A stretch of DNA of 64,000 bases from assembly GCA_965153455.1 (NCBI GenBank), contig OZ234493.1, positions 36,322,213 to 36,386,212 of the forward strand, given 5' to 3'. The translations under genes were made by a program, and so were the position numbers. Below are positions 1 through 11,130 of this stretch, one piece after another. Below the pieces are notes generated by a model. That model did no database searches and was not told the DNA's origin. It saw only the letters and a list, made by a program, of their open reading frames with translations. Origin of the DNA: Sphagnum compactum (taxonomy: Eukaryota). The first letter of the stretch is position 1; each line of letters opens with the position of its first letter.

Positions 1-1599
1 GAGCTTTGAGTTCAAAAATATTGTCTTGCACATTTTTTTAAGTTTTTTTAAAAAAAATTATAAATATTTTAATGTTTAAGATTTCCAAAAAGTGCCTTCA
101 AGATTTTAGTTTACTACGCATTTGTATACTTGTTATACATCACTTTTTTGGGTGAAAAATGGTGAAAAATAGCTCACCCATAATGTGCTTTCACCTTAGA
201 TTCAATTTCCTATTTTGCAAGCTTTTAGTTGTTGTGCAACAGAGCTAATTAAACTTTTTATTTTCTTTCCCCCCCTTTCAATTATGTCCACCACTAAAGT
301 TCAAATGCAACATTCAATGGGTGTTGTGAATTAAGAACACCCAATAGGTGAGACATGATTTGTAGTACTCAACATGGTTTTTGGTTGATGTTAAAAAGAG
401 AGCCTATTATATTTTTCTCCAAGATGGAAAGACTTCAATAAGAAGAGGAATTGAAGGGAAGGACTGCAAAGAAGGCACAGGAGATGGAACAATCCTTGCT
501 GAACAAAGTGGGTGGGTTTCAATGTCACATGGTTCTTCTACCTTCATTCACTAATGCTTGCCATGGGTGTTGCACATTTACATATCTTGATCTACAGTGT
601 CTTTGTTGGTAGATATTATGTTGTGACAAAAAAAAAAGATTCAAGTCTACGAAATCAAAGTGTAACTTCACTCTCGGTAACGTTATATTGTTATTGTTAA
701 AATTATAGCATCACATTATACTTTGTTGCAAAATCTAGTTCAAGACATGGGGTAACAAGTGCAAGAAATTATCTGTTGTGTGGAAATGTGATGATGATTT
801 TGTAGGCAACAACATTTGCATCACAATAAGGTGGAAGTTTGAAATCACTAAACCAAGCAAACAAGGACACTAAGGACACACCATCAACATTGAAGATTGT
901 TGGAAACAACGTTGCAGGTATGTTGATGAATTTGTTATCTCATTTTCCTCCACTGTTTTTGGGTGTTGTGGTAGTAGTATATGCATATGGATTAGGTAAA
1001 TTGGGTATTGGGTGCTTTGTTTCTTTTATCGCCATGGTCAAAGGTCCAGTGAGTGTGATGATTCGTTCTGGAATATTTGAAACAACAATCCCTTGGCTTG
1101 TATTTTTCAATTGCTATACACAATACAACTCGTACAATGAAGATGTTCATTTTGAATGTTATCCAACAAAATGGGTTATTGGGATTTTTTAAGATCTTTC
1201 TCGAAGAACAAAAAAAGTGACTGGGTTATACGATGGTTTATTTTCAATGAAAAAACCAACAAGGTAATATCATGATTACCTAGTAGGATTTAGTTGACAT
1301 AGTCTTTTTTTTTTTTTTTTTTTTCATTTTTTGGGGTTCATTATAATTAGTAGAAGACAAATATCTATCACACATTTTTGTTTATATTAGACTTTGAAAT
1401 CCACATGCATTTGTTTCAAGTAGTGTTGGTGTGTACATAACATGTGTGAATCTATAAAAAAAATTGGAAACCACCTTGATGGAAGACACTTGTGATATCT
1501 GGTAGCCTTGTTGCGCTCTAACCTCTTTCTTTAGCAATGCAACTTGCCAGAAATGGTGAGTTCCCAACTAAACATTTTTTTGATACAAATGTTTGAGAT

Positions 1600-2130
1600 T
1601 TCAGTTGAGATTTGACTTGTTATTAATGGAGCTTATGATATGAGTATTTATTACAATGATGACCTACATTTGGGTGTGGTGTATTGGGTCTAGCATACAA
1701 TAGTTTGCAAGGATACAAGTGGGGCATGTGAAAGCAGAAACTAAGATTGTCCTACACAACCTTAACCCAAAGTGGAACTAGGTTTTTGCAGTTGGAGAGG
1801 ACAAAGTTCAAGGTAGACCCTTAAATTGACAGTTTGGGATGCAATCCATGCCTTTTTTTCTCTGCCTCCCTCTGACAATTCTCCCACCTGACCTAAAGTT
1901 TGAAACCTTTAGTAGTGCCAATTAATAGTTCAATTACAAGCACTGAAAAAAAATGGGCACAAAAGCATATCTTTTTATGGATTTTCTTAAAAAAAAAGCT
2001 TAATGTAAACATGGGAAGAAGTTATGGGAATCCAAGGATGAGAAGCTTTGGGTCCATGACTTGTTTGATGAACTTACCACATGAAATGAAAGTTTCTCTA
2101 TAGAAGCGTGGTCTGCATTGAAGCTATTTT
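1600..2130 (+). pseudogene. Degenerate fragment of an MCTP/QUIRKY/FTIP-type multi-C2-domain gene
   Basis: About 1712-1840 translates to IQVGHVKAETKIVLHNLNPKWN*VFAVGEDKVQG, then (frameshifted) LTVWD, resembling the MCTP C2 motif NPEWNQVFAF.KD.IQ...LEVTV.D. It is followed by PPSDNSP (cf. VPPDSPLAP) and GIQG*EAL (cf. GTQADEAF). Stops and frameshifts throughout; boundaries approximate. Confidence 0.55.
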
Positions 2131-2149
2131 ATTACTGATGTAAGATGTA

Positions 2150-2734
2150 ATTTAAAATTCCAGACATTTCATATAGAGATTTCAAATTTCATTTTTCAGT
2201 ATTTAGACATTTTAGTTTTTAGTTGAAGTATTCAAACATTTCAGTTTTTAGTTTTCACTATTTAGACATTTCAATTTTTAGTTTTCAATATTCAAACAAT
2301 TTAGTTATCAATTTTTAGTATTTAGACATTTCAATTTTGAGTATTTAGACATTTCAGTTATTAATTTTCAATATTCAAACATTTCAATTTTAGTTTTCAG
2401 TATTTAGACATTTCAATTTTCAGTATTTAAACATTTCAGTATTCAAACATTTCAATTTTCAATTTTCAGTATTCAGAAATTTTAGTTTTTAGTATTCAGC
2501 ATTCACACATTTTAGTTTTCAAAATTTCAGATTCCTTCCAAACATTTCACAAAGAGATTTCAGTATTCATCACACATCCAATTTAGACATTTCAGTTTTG
2601 AAAATTTGAAATTCTACATGCTTCACATCAAGATTTCAAATTTCAATTTTTAGTTTGTAGCTTTAAATATTCACACAGCCCAATTCAAACATTTTAATTC
2701 TCAAAATCTCAGATTTCAAACATTTCACATACAA
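2150..2734. repeat. Degenerate AT-rich satellite-like tandem repeat (unit resembling TTTTCAGTATTTAGACATTTCA), left part
   Basis: Many imperfect copies of tttagacatttca / ttcaaacatttca / ttttcagta are directly visible. Confidence 0.85.
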
Positions 2735-2876
2735 ATGTCAACCATAGTTATGACATTCTTGGTGCGGGAATGTTATGGAAGCCCAAAGAAGCACGAATTT
2801 TAACGAATTTTATAGATCAACCGGTGAACATTCGGTAAACATTCGCGGGCATGTTAGGCTTACATTATTAAGCATA

Positions 2877-3085
2877 TATCCTGGATGGACAAATCAGCCT
2901 ATCCTAACTTTACCATCAAGCAGATTCGGCAGGACAGCAGATACCAATGAAGTCACTCTCTAGCAAATGCTGAACGAATATTCCTCAAGCTTTTATATTG
3001 TTGATCAACTTTAAAACATTATCAGACTTCTATCCTGGATGGACAAATTAGCCTGTCGTCACTTTACCACCAAGCATATTCGGCA
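2877..3085. repeat. Subterminal ~55-bp direct repeat pair in the hAT 3' arm
   Basis: TATCCTGGATGGACAAAT(C/T)AGCCT...ACTTTACCA(T/C)CAAGCA(G/T)ATTCGGCA occurs at 2877-2931 and 3031-3085. Confidence 0.85.
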
Positions 3086-3289
3086 TCATACCACCCAAAA
3101 AGATTCAAGAAACAAATGCATGCAGTCAAGCCCTGCATCAGAACTAGTTGAGCTGCATACCAGATCTGATTGGATTGCACAAACTAGAAAAAGTTTTGAC
3201 GTGACTGCAAAATCTAATAGCTTTTAAACTTTCTTGAGCTCCAGCACACCAGATTCACAAAAAAAAGGACACAATCTAATATTTTGCCA

Positions 3290-5203
3290 AGCTCACCCGT
3301 GCTTCACTCTTCCTCCAATTCCTCCTCTCCGCTGTCCTATGCCACCATCTACTCCTCATACTCGATGTTGTTCACCTTGCTAATCAGACGCAGGTTAAAG
3401 AACACCTCCACCAGATCGTTTGCCCTATCTGGTCGCAGACGATTGCGCTTTTTGTTGTGGATAAAGTCGTAGGTGCTCCAGTTTCTCTCGCACACAGACG
3501 CGCATGAGATCTGGCTTAGCACCTTCTGCGCCACGCTCTGCAGCTTGGGGCACTCTGAGCCAAATTCCACCCACCACTTCCAGCCTGGCAACTTCTTAGC
3601 ACTTGCCTTGACGAATGGGCGGCCAAACTCTCCCTCCGAGTTCCTGTACTTAGCTAGCTGTTCGATTGCCTTGACCTGATCCTCAACGTCAGGCAGAAGC
3701 TTGTCAACAATGTTGTGAAACCCTCGCATCACTTCTACGTTGCTATGCTGCCCGTTATCTGGAGACTGATACTCCGGGTCAAGAACATACCCAACGGCAT
3801 GCATGTCGCTGTGCAGCATCTCCCAGCGCTTCTCCTAGATTGCATGCACCTATGCATACTTCTGAGCAGAGACCTTGATCCCAGGAAAGTACTCCAAGGT
3901 GCCGTCCCTCAGGGCCTCCAGTTCCTGTCCGTAATTGAACATTGCCACGTAGACCTTTCCTACGATTGGCACCCCCCGATCGCACTCTCGTAGCAGAGCC
4001 ACCGTCCCCTTTGTCAATGCTAGCACCTCTTCCAGGTTTTTCCAGAATCCGCTCCGCAAGACACAATCCCTCACTTTGTCCTTGTCATTCGAATGATTGG
4101 ACTTCCCGTTCCACTCCATCCACTCCCGGCCGACAACCAGCTCTTGCAACGCCTCTCTCACCTCCAACATGCGGTCCAGCATGATGAAGTTGGTGGCAAA
4201 GCGCGTGTCCCCCGGCTTCAGCAGATCCAGCGCAGACTTCCCGCGAAACAGCGCCTGACTCCGGTGGTGATTTGTGATGAATTTCACCACCGCCTTTGCC
4301 TCTACAGCCCATGGCAGCTTCCCCACATCTTCAAAGAACAGGTCCAAACAATGTGGGGTGCACGGCGTCCACATTATCTAAGAGAACTCTTGCTCAACCA
4401 GCCTGCCAGCAGCTTTGCAGACTGCCGCACTGTCTGTAACAACTTGGATGACGCTGTCTGCACCAACCTCCCAGATGCAATCAATCAGCTGTCCAGCAAT
4501 ATAAGCAGCGTCCTTTGTCTCACCCCCCGTATCAACCGCCTTGAGGAACATTTCCCCCTTCGGAGAGACAATGAGCAAATTTAACAAAGGGCGCCTACGC
4601 ACATCAGACCACCCGTCACTGGTAATCGTTGCCCCTGTCAGCTGAAGAGACTTTTGGAAGGAGGCCAAGCCATCCCGACAGAGCTGCTTCTCACGCTCCA
4701 GAATGGTTGTTCGTAGCCTGTCCACAGAAGGAGGCCCTGGATATGACTCCCCAAAGCTTGCTGTTGCTGCCACAGCTGCCTTGAAGTGAGGATCCTTTGC
4801 TAAACGGAAAGAGCCCATTGGCATAGAATGCTCGACCCCAAAGCTGGTCAACCTTCGAGCAATCCTGCTTGGAGAAGGCAGCCTTCAGGGTGTTTTGCTT
4901 CTTAGGTTTGACAGCCTCCCCACTGGAGAGCTTGTCAAGCTGCTCAACCTTCCGCTTCTTGAACTCCTTTTCCTTCTTTTCCTTTTCCAGCTCCTCAAAC
5001 TAGTGTGTAACCACTGGGGGGACTTTGTCACAAGCTCGCACACCAGATCCAGTCCACCCTAGAAGATGTGCACGAATCCTGGTTGCTGTGGCGGTGAAGA
5101 CAAGTTCACAGTACTTGCATTTGACCTTAGTGCTTTCCCCAGGGGTCTTGGGTTCCTCCTGCTGGACAACGTGGGCATGCTCTAGTCCCTTTTCCTTGAC
5201 CAT
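3290..5203 (-). pseudogene. hAT transposase pseudogene (BED zinc finger, DUF659/RNase H-like DDE core, hATC dimerisation domain)
   Basis: ATG at 5203. Motifs: KCKYC...RIRAHL (BED), ITSDGWSD, VVTDSAAVC, CTPHCLDL (CxxH), TRFATNF, WWVEFG, SVCERNWS, HNKKRNRL. In-frame TAG stops at about 5000, 4378, 3850, 3835, 3349 and 3337, plus a frameshift near 4810. No introns evident; 3' end approximate. Confidence 0.93.
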
Positions 5204-5605
5204 GGTGGCTGTCAGATTCCTTATCCTTATCCTCAGATCTTCAACTATGCTGCTGCATAGAGACATATGGAACTTGGAAGCTGGCAACTTCAAGCTAGAT
5301 CAAACTAGAACGAAGCATTGGCATGCAAGACGTCAGGCTACCGTACAGACTCAGTCAAGCTTGGCGGCCCAGCCGCACCGTACTGCACTGGCGGCGCGGT
5401 CGACAAGTATTGGCAACAGCCTGACTCCGAGTGGTAATGGTCTGGCAGTAACCGTTACCATTCAGCACAGGCTGTCGCCGTGCGCGATGTCCATGTTGGC
5501 AAATGTTTCACGAATATATGCCGAATGTTTTGACAAGGTGCTTTACCACGTAAATTCGCGAATTTTAAAATGCAAAATGACGAATGTCATTACTATGATG
5601 TCAAG

Positions 5606-5690
5606 TTTCAGTTTTCAACTTTCAATACCACACATCGAAATTCAAACATTTTAGTTTTCAAAATTTTAGATTCCAAACATTCCATATATT
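5606..5690. repeat. Right-hand continuation of the satellite-like repeat interrupted by the hAT
   Basis: The units tttcagttttcaa, ttcaaacatttttagttttcaaaattttagattccaaacatt resume directly after the right TSD. Confidence 0.8.
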
Positions 5691-7723
5691 GTAGTACCTT
5701 GCAGGTTTGGCACATGCCTCCCAAACAATTAATTAGTTTTGAATAATCAATTTCGAAAAATAAAATACTCCTAAAGATTCTTTATTTTCCTTCCTAAGAA
5801 GTTGAGCTTTGAAATAAAATATTGATCAGTCATATAAAACTGGGCAGAGCAGTTACGCGATGAGCTGCTTGTTTCTTTACACCAAGTCCTCCTTCAATGC
5901 GCTTTGGGCTACCACCAATAATGTCGCCCCAAGTTCTTTTGACGGCTGCTGCAAACATGGTCTTCTTTAATGCTCGTACAAGCCTGTTCCTCCCTCTTTT
6001 ATTGCTGCTGTAAACTTGTCCTTGCCACCTGTCTGCGTACAAAATTCGGAAATGCAGTTTTTGAGAGCCAGAAAAAGAAAAACTGCCTTGCAAAAAAAAA
6101 TGAAGTCCTCAGATCAATTTTTTATGATATGTAAAGCTCACAGACGAAAGGATTTTCAAAATTGGGCTTGCCCTCAAATCCTGCCTCATGCACCCTTATT
6201 TTGGTAATGTCCATGCCCTCGGGTTTCCCCTTACACTTTGCATACTTGTTCCTCAACTGCTGAAACTCTGAAAAGTTGAATTTGAAACTGCCTAAGCTGG
6301 ATTCTTAAAAGAAATACATATCTGGCCAAGAAGTGCCAAACATTAGTAATAGGTATGGTAGTATCCTCATAATATTATAGTTAACTGTGTTGAAGACATT
6401 AATTAAAGATTAGTTTTGGTCACTGTGAACCAGCACAGACCAATGCACCATCCACTGTATGCCTGTTATTCCTCAGTTGCGGACCAACCTCACCTGAGTT
6501 AACAATTTATTTCACCTTAGACAACTCTGCAAGAGAAAGGTCTCATATAGAGATGGATAAAAAAAATAGATAACTAATAGATAAGCAGATAGTTTACAAT
6601 TAATACATGGAGAAGTGCTGTTTTTATTACCTGTATATTAACAATCTGTTAATCAGGTCATTAGTATCTACTTGGTAAAAAAAAAGCAACTGAGCTAACC
6701 ACCATGGTTGCTTAGGGAACTGGAACACAACAGAAAACTGTTTCCTGACCATTTACCATGCATCCTTCATATTGCACTTATGGGTGCTGGTTCAATGTGG
6801 TCGTTAGTCTCTAGTTGTTGCATGTGAATAGCTTTTACGGAACTAATTTTATTTTATTATGTACTTAAAGCCACTATCACAATTTGTTATTGCATAACAA
6901 TGACCACTTACTGGTTAGTTAGCTAGGATTTTAATTCCAGTGACTATACTACGTCGGAGATGGTTAGATTTCATAAGTAGTCCTGTTGGATGACAATTTC
7001 GAACCTGAATCTATAGAAAAATGATTCTAACTTCATATTTGAGATGGCGAGTCCACCTCATGCTGTGTCTTTGTTTTTCCTATTCTTTGTTGTTTTGGTG
7101 GGTCTGTTTTGGGACATGGTCAAAAGCCATGGTAAGAAACAAATTAAATACTGGAAATCTCCAATTCTTGTCATAAACCTGGAAACATCTTTGTTATGAT
7201 CTTGAAAACTAGTTCCAAATTTCATGAATTCTTGCACACAAATTTGTAAGTGAATTTGCAAAATGTGTGAAGGTGTGTGTTCCTCAGAAGGTTTTGGGTT
7301 TGGTGTTCATTGTTGTAACCTTCAAGTGTTGCTATCAAGGTTCCTTTGCAATCTCATGGATATATCTTTCTGCATCTAGCCTCTGATTCAATGGGTGATT
7401 GACCTTTTTTCATTGAGCAAAAGATGAATGAATCGTGGATGGATCTATGGTGTGGAGATGAATTATTTTGCTACTTGGAAAATTGCATTGCTATTTGTGC
7501 TCAGAGGTATAATTTTTCATCTATCTAGTCAAGTATGTCATGATGATTGAAATAGACAGGTACCAAATTTCCCAATTGAGAACATTTGCATCTTCTCAGT
7601 GTAGGGTAACTCAGAAGCATTACACCCTTGTCAATTCAGAGGCATTACACCTGTGAACCAAGGATGGAGCCTGAGGTCCTTGAGGTGTATTGCCCTGCTT
7701 GAAAGCTTTACCTGTCAGAATGA

Positions 7724-9114
7724 TCAAGGCAGAACAATCAAGGCAGGCCAGTATGGCAGATGAAGATCCTTCTCATGTTTATGAAACTCAATAGCACCGC
7801 CCTTCACAGTGCTGGTGACGCCTACCTTCCCCTTTGGATCATCTGGAGACTTGAAGACGCTCTCTCTCTTGGACCCTGTCAAGAAGTCCACCTGGCAAAC
7901 ATAATGGCAATGAGCTCTCAATAATTTGAAAAGAATCTTAAGAGCTTCAAATACCAGATTAGAATGCAGAAGAAACGAGGACTGGAATGCACCGCAGATG
8001 AAGCCTGCCAATGTAAACTGCCACTGTGAAAATGCAAATTGAAACCCTTTAGCCTGCAACTCTCATTTTTCAACAACCAGAGATCAGAGAAAACTTCGAA
8101 AGCACAAGTTCTTATTGAGATTAAACCAAAAAAAGCTTCACTTCAAGGCCATTGCTCAATCTATATGATTCCTTCAAACCGAAGATTTAAGCACTTACAT
8201 CTGAACTGCAGAAAACTGACTAGAATCTGTTATGAAAATGAGCAGAAATATACCACAGGATTAACCGACACACAGCAGCTTCAACGTATCTCCATACATA
8301 TGACTTGTGTCAATCTGAATAGAATCGAGAGATGAAACAATATCATGGTTATATAGAGATATTTAATCTGGCAAAATATCAACAAAAAGGAAAAAGAGGC
8401 AATCTAATCCTAAGGAACAGAGAAAACAAAAACAAAACTGAGGGGTGCTTTGAACAACAGAAACAGTCACAAGCATGTCCTGAGACTGTCAACAGCAACA
8501 TGTATGGTCATGACCGATCACCATAACATCCCCACTGACTCCATCAGCTTCCTTGCACTGGGTGGAGGTCAATACCATAACTGATGTACCGAGTCTCATG
8601 AAGAAGTCTTACCTTTTTGCTTTTGCCCTTAGAAGTCTGGAATTGATGCCAAGCATTCTTGCACTTGTTCTGTGTCAGCTCCATCTGCTCTAGCCTTGCT
8701 TTTGATTTGAAAGAATGTGTTGTCTTCTTCTTTACTGCTTCCTGCACATGGAAAAATCAACACAAACCTTATCCTTTGCTCTATTTGGATTTGGTACATT
8801 TGAGGACTTACACTCACAATCGCATCCAATGAACCAAACTCTATGCATAAAGGATGCGGGAAAAGAGTAGTCACCACATCCTCAGGGTCATCAGAATTTA
8901 TGTGAAACTTGGGGGGAAGGTCTTGTGGAAGAACATCCACATCTGTTGTCTGGGCAATTTTGTGCATTATGGCTTACCACATAGCCCCTCCATCACACTC
9001 TGCTCTGAACAACACATCAGCATCCTCATCTATGTTGATGTCCAGATCAGATTTGGCCTCAGTGCCCACATCATCCTCTCCGGCTTCCAAGATCCTCACA
9101 TTTGAAAGGTCTAG
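7724..9114 (-). pseudogene. SPF30: SPF30/SMNDC1 (survival motor neuron-related splicing factor 30) 3' three-exon fragment
   Basis: Exon 9114-8875: LDLSNVRILE...MW*AIMHKIAQ...LPPKFHINSDDPEDV. Exon 8741-8613: EAVKKKTTHSFKSKARLEQMELTQNKCKNAWHQFQTSKGKSKK. Exon 7891-7724: VDFLTGSKRESVFKSPDDPKGKVGVT. These match the plant SPF30 C-terminus with GT-AG introns in phase. In-frame TAA at 8976-8974; no Tudor or N-terminal exons found upstream. Confidence 0.85.
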
Positions 9115-9239
9115 CTACATGTGTTTGATCCAACTTTCCCACCTTTACTTTGTTCTTGTGAAGAATCAAGAATATTAGCAGTAATAGTGGGATAGCAAGA
9201 TAAATGTGCAGTGTTCAATCTAGACTTTGTACCAGTTAC

Positions 9240-11130
9240 CTACAATGCTTGAAAGTGCCTTCCCCAAATATGATTTCCATTCAACACTTGATCTTCTATG
9301 TCATTTTCAAGATCTTCAAGGAAGAACAAAGCTTCAATAGTTGACAGCATGTCAAATAGATGATCTGAGAGACCTAACTGATTCCCGATCAGTAAATAGT
9401 ACAACACCAAGTCAAAAGCTAATGGAGTGTTCTGTGCAAACCAACTCACAGATGCATCCACACAAATCATCTAGCACCTACCTCCTATGTACTGCCCCAG
9501 TCATCATATGTCACAATGTACATGCAAAACAGCATCAAAAACTAGGAATCTCAGTTAAAATTACAGACGGCAAAAAACCAGCAGGAAATAGTGCATCCAT
9601 ATAACTGTTACAAACCTACCAGACATGTAACATCAGTCTGTGGGACTATTCCTCTGCAAAGAATGGTCAAAAGTCAGCCACACTTGCATGACATTCATTT
9701 CAAAAGATAGAGAACAATAGCATAGTTAGGGATGCCTACCATTTCCATCACTTTGAAGCTGGTCATTGTTCTCCATGGTCGGCAACTCCTCCAACAGGTA
9801 TTAGCAAATAACAATGCACTGTATGAAAGCTCTAGAGTCAAATTTGATGCATGAACACCACCATATGTAGCATTTGGACCTCACCCAAGCTTCTCACAAA
9901 TACACAAAATCATTTCATGCACCCTTAATTGCCTCAACCTCCACCTGCAATTCCAATTGGTAGACTTGTTCTTGTTTGAACAATCAGAGTGCCATATGTA
10001 AAAACATGATAAACACACACAAATCACTGTGTCTGTTCTTTCTTTCAGGTGGTTAGAAATGCAGAAAAACTAAAGGAGAGTGATAAGGATACTTGCCATG
10101 GCAATCTCTTGACCAAATCAGGGATGAGGCATATGCTCCTGAAATTTGCAATATGTTCCCAATGATTTCAGAATGTAAGTCAGAACAGCAACATAAAGAC
10201 AAAGATGTAAGTAGCAGGAGTTGCTAAATAAACAAGCTCAGAGTAACTATTGTCTGATACTGACTGCCTTAAGACAGTTGTTCTAACCCATCAAGGAAAG
10301 TTTTGAAAGCTGTAAAAAAAACAAGGAGAATGCTCCAAGAATGTCCTGTTGCACACCACCATCTGTATCCTGCAGAGATGGAGCAACCCCTGCCATGACC
10401 TAGCCCAAAAAAGCTCAACATAAAGACATGACATTCCCAACATTAAACCTTAGAATGGTGAGATGAACATTAAAGTAAAAAGTTCACATTGCATGTGGAA
10501 ACATAGAGTCCTGATTATTCCTCAATATCATTTGAAGTCATCCAAAACTGTTGCTTGAAGTCACCCTGATCTGTATTATCTGACATAGGGGAAGTGCTAC
10601 CTTCCTGTGGATTTTCACCACTCACTACATAAAATAAGTAAAGCTAGAAGTGACAATTTCTTCAATTTCATTGATGTTCTCTTGGTGTGACGTGCTGATC
10701 CAGTATCACTTATTATCAGTTCAATTCCAGCACTCTGCTGCATGTCCACAATGCTTCCCACCCCAGTTTGCACTTATCAATTACATCCCTCATTATTGTT
10801 GTGATGGTATTCACCTCCAACACCAATAGAGTCTGATCCATAACAAGCACATCCCTAAGTTCATTTGAATCATCAACCTCACTCTCTCAATCAGGGCACA
10901 ACCAAGTCAAAGAACATGCAGACGTTGCTTATGGGATGGATGGGCACCTGGTGTAGGTACAAATGATTGAAGAATAGCCCATGGCTGATGAGGTAGACAA
11001 GATATGAAATGTGAGGACAAACCAAGTGCAACTGAAGAGACTAAATGAGGCAAAGTAGATGTGATGGGAACCATCAGGTGAGAAGGTGAAAATGTTTCAT
11101 GACAGTCCATACAAGTCATCACGATATTGA
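9240..11130 (-). pseudogene. Degenerate exons of an unidentified gene
   Basis: Exon-like blocks, several flanked by splice-like sites: DHLFDMLSTIEALFFLEDLENDIEDQVLNGNHIWGRHFQAL* (about 9370-9240), EHMPHP*FGQEIAM (about 10140-10095), VMAGVAPSLQDTDGGVQQDIL (about 10400-10335), SGENPQEGSTSPMSDNTDQGDFKQQFW (about 10620-10540), and Cys motifs WLCPD and TCMDCHE (about 10890-11120). Internal stops present; family not recognised. Confidence 0.45.

Larger units (their letters stand above)
2743..5597 (-). mobile_element. Full-length hAT DNA transposon (2855 bp), inactivated
   Basis: Left TIR CATAGTTATGACATTC (2743-2758) and right TIR GAATGTCATTACTATG (5582-5597) match 15/16 as an inverted repeat. Flanks ATGTCAAC (2735-2742) and ATGTCAAG (5598-5605) form a 7/8 8-bp TSD. 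A transposase pseudogene lies inside. Confidence 0.95.

Noticed and set aside
420..1260. Exon-like pieces (EEELKGRTAKKAQEMEQSLLNK; ORF 839-1192)
   Set aside because: Possibly further gene fragments, but no family could be recognised; too weak to call.
2150..2734. Repeat array considered as CRISPR-like
   Set aside because: Degenerate low-complexity tandem units with no unique spacers, no cas genes and a eukaryotic context.
3473..5654. Plus-strand ORFs over the hAT (e.g. 4093-4584, 5025-5654)
   Set aside because: Antisense shadows of the GC-rich transposase with no independent motifs; 5025-5654 runs across the TIR.
5830..6093. 87-aa minus-strand ORF
   Set aside because: No recognisable domain or supporting gene structure.
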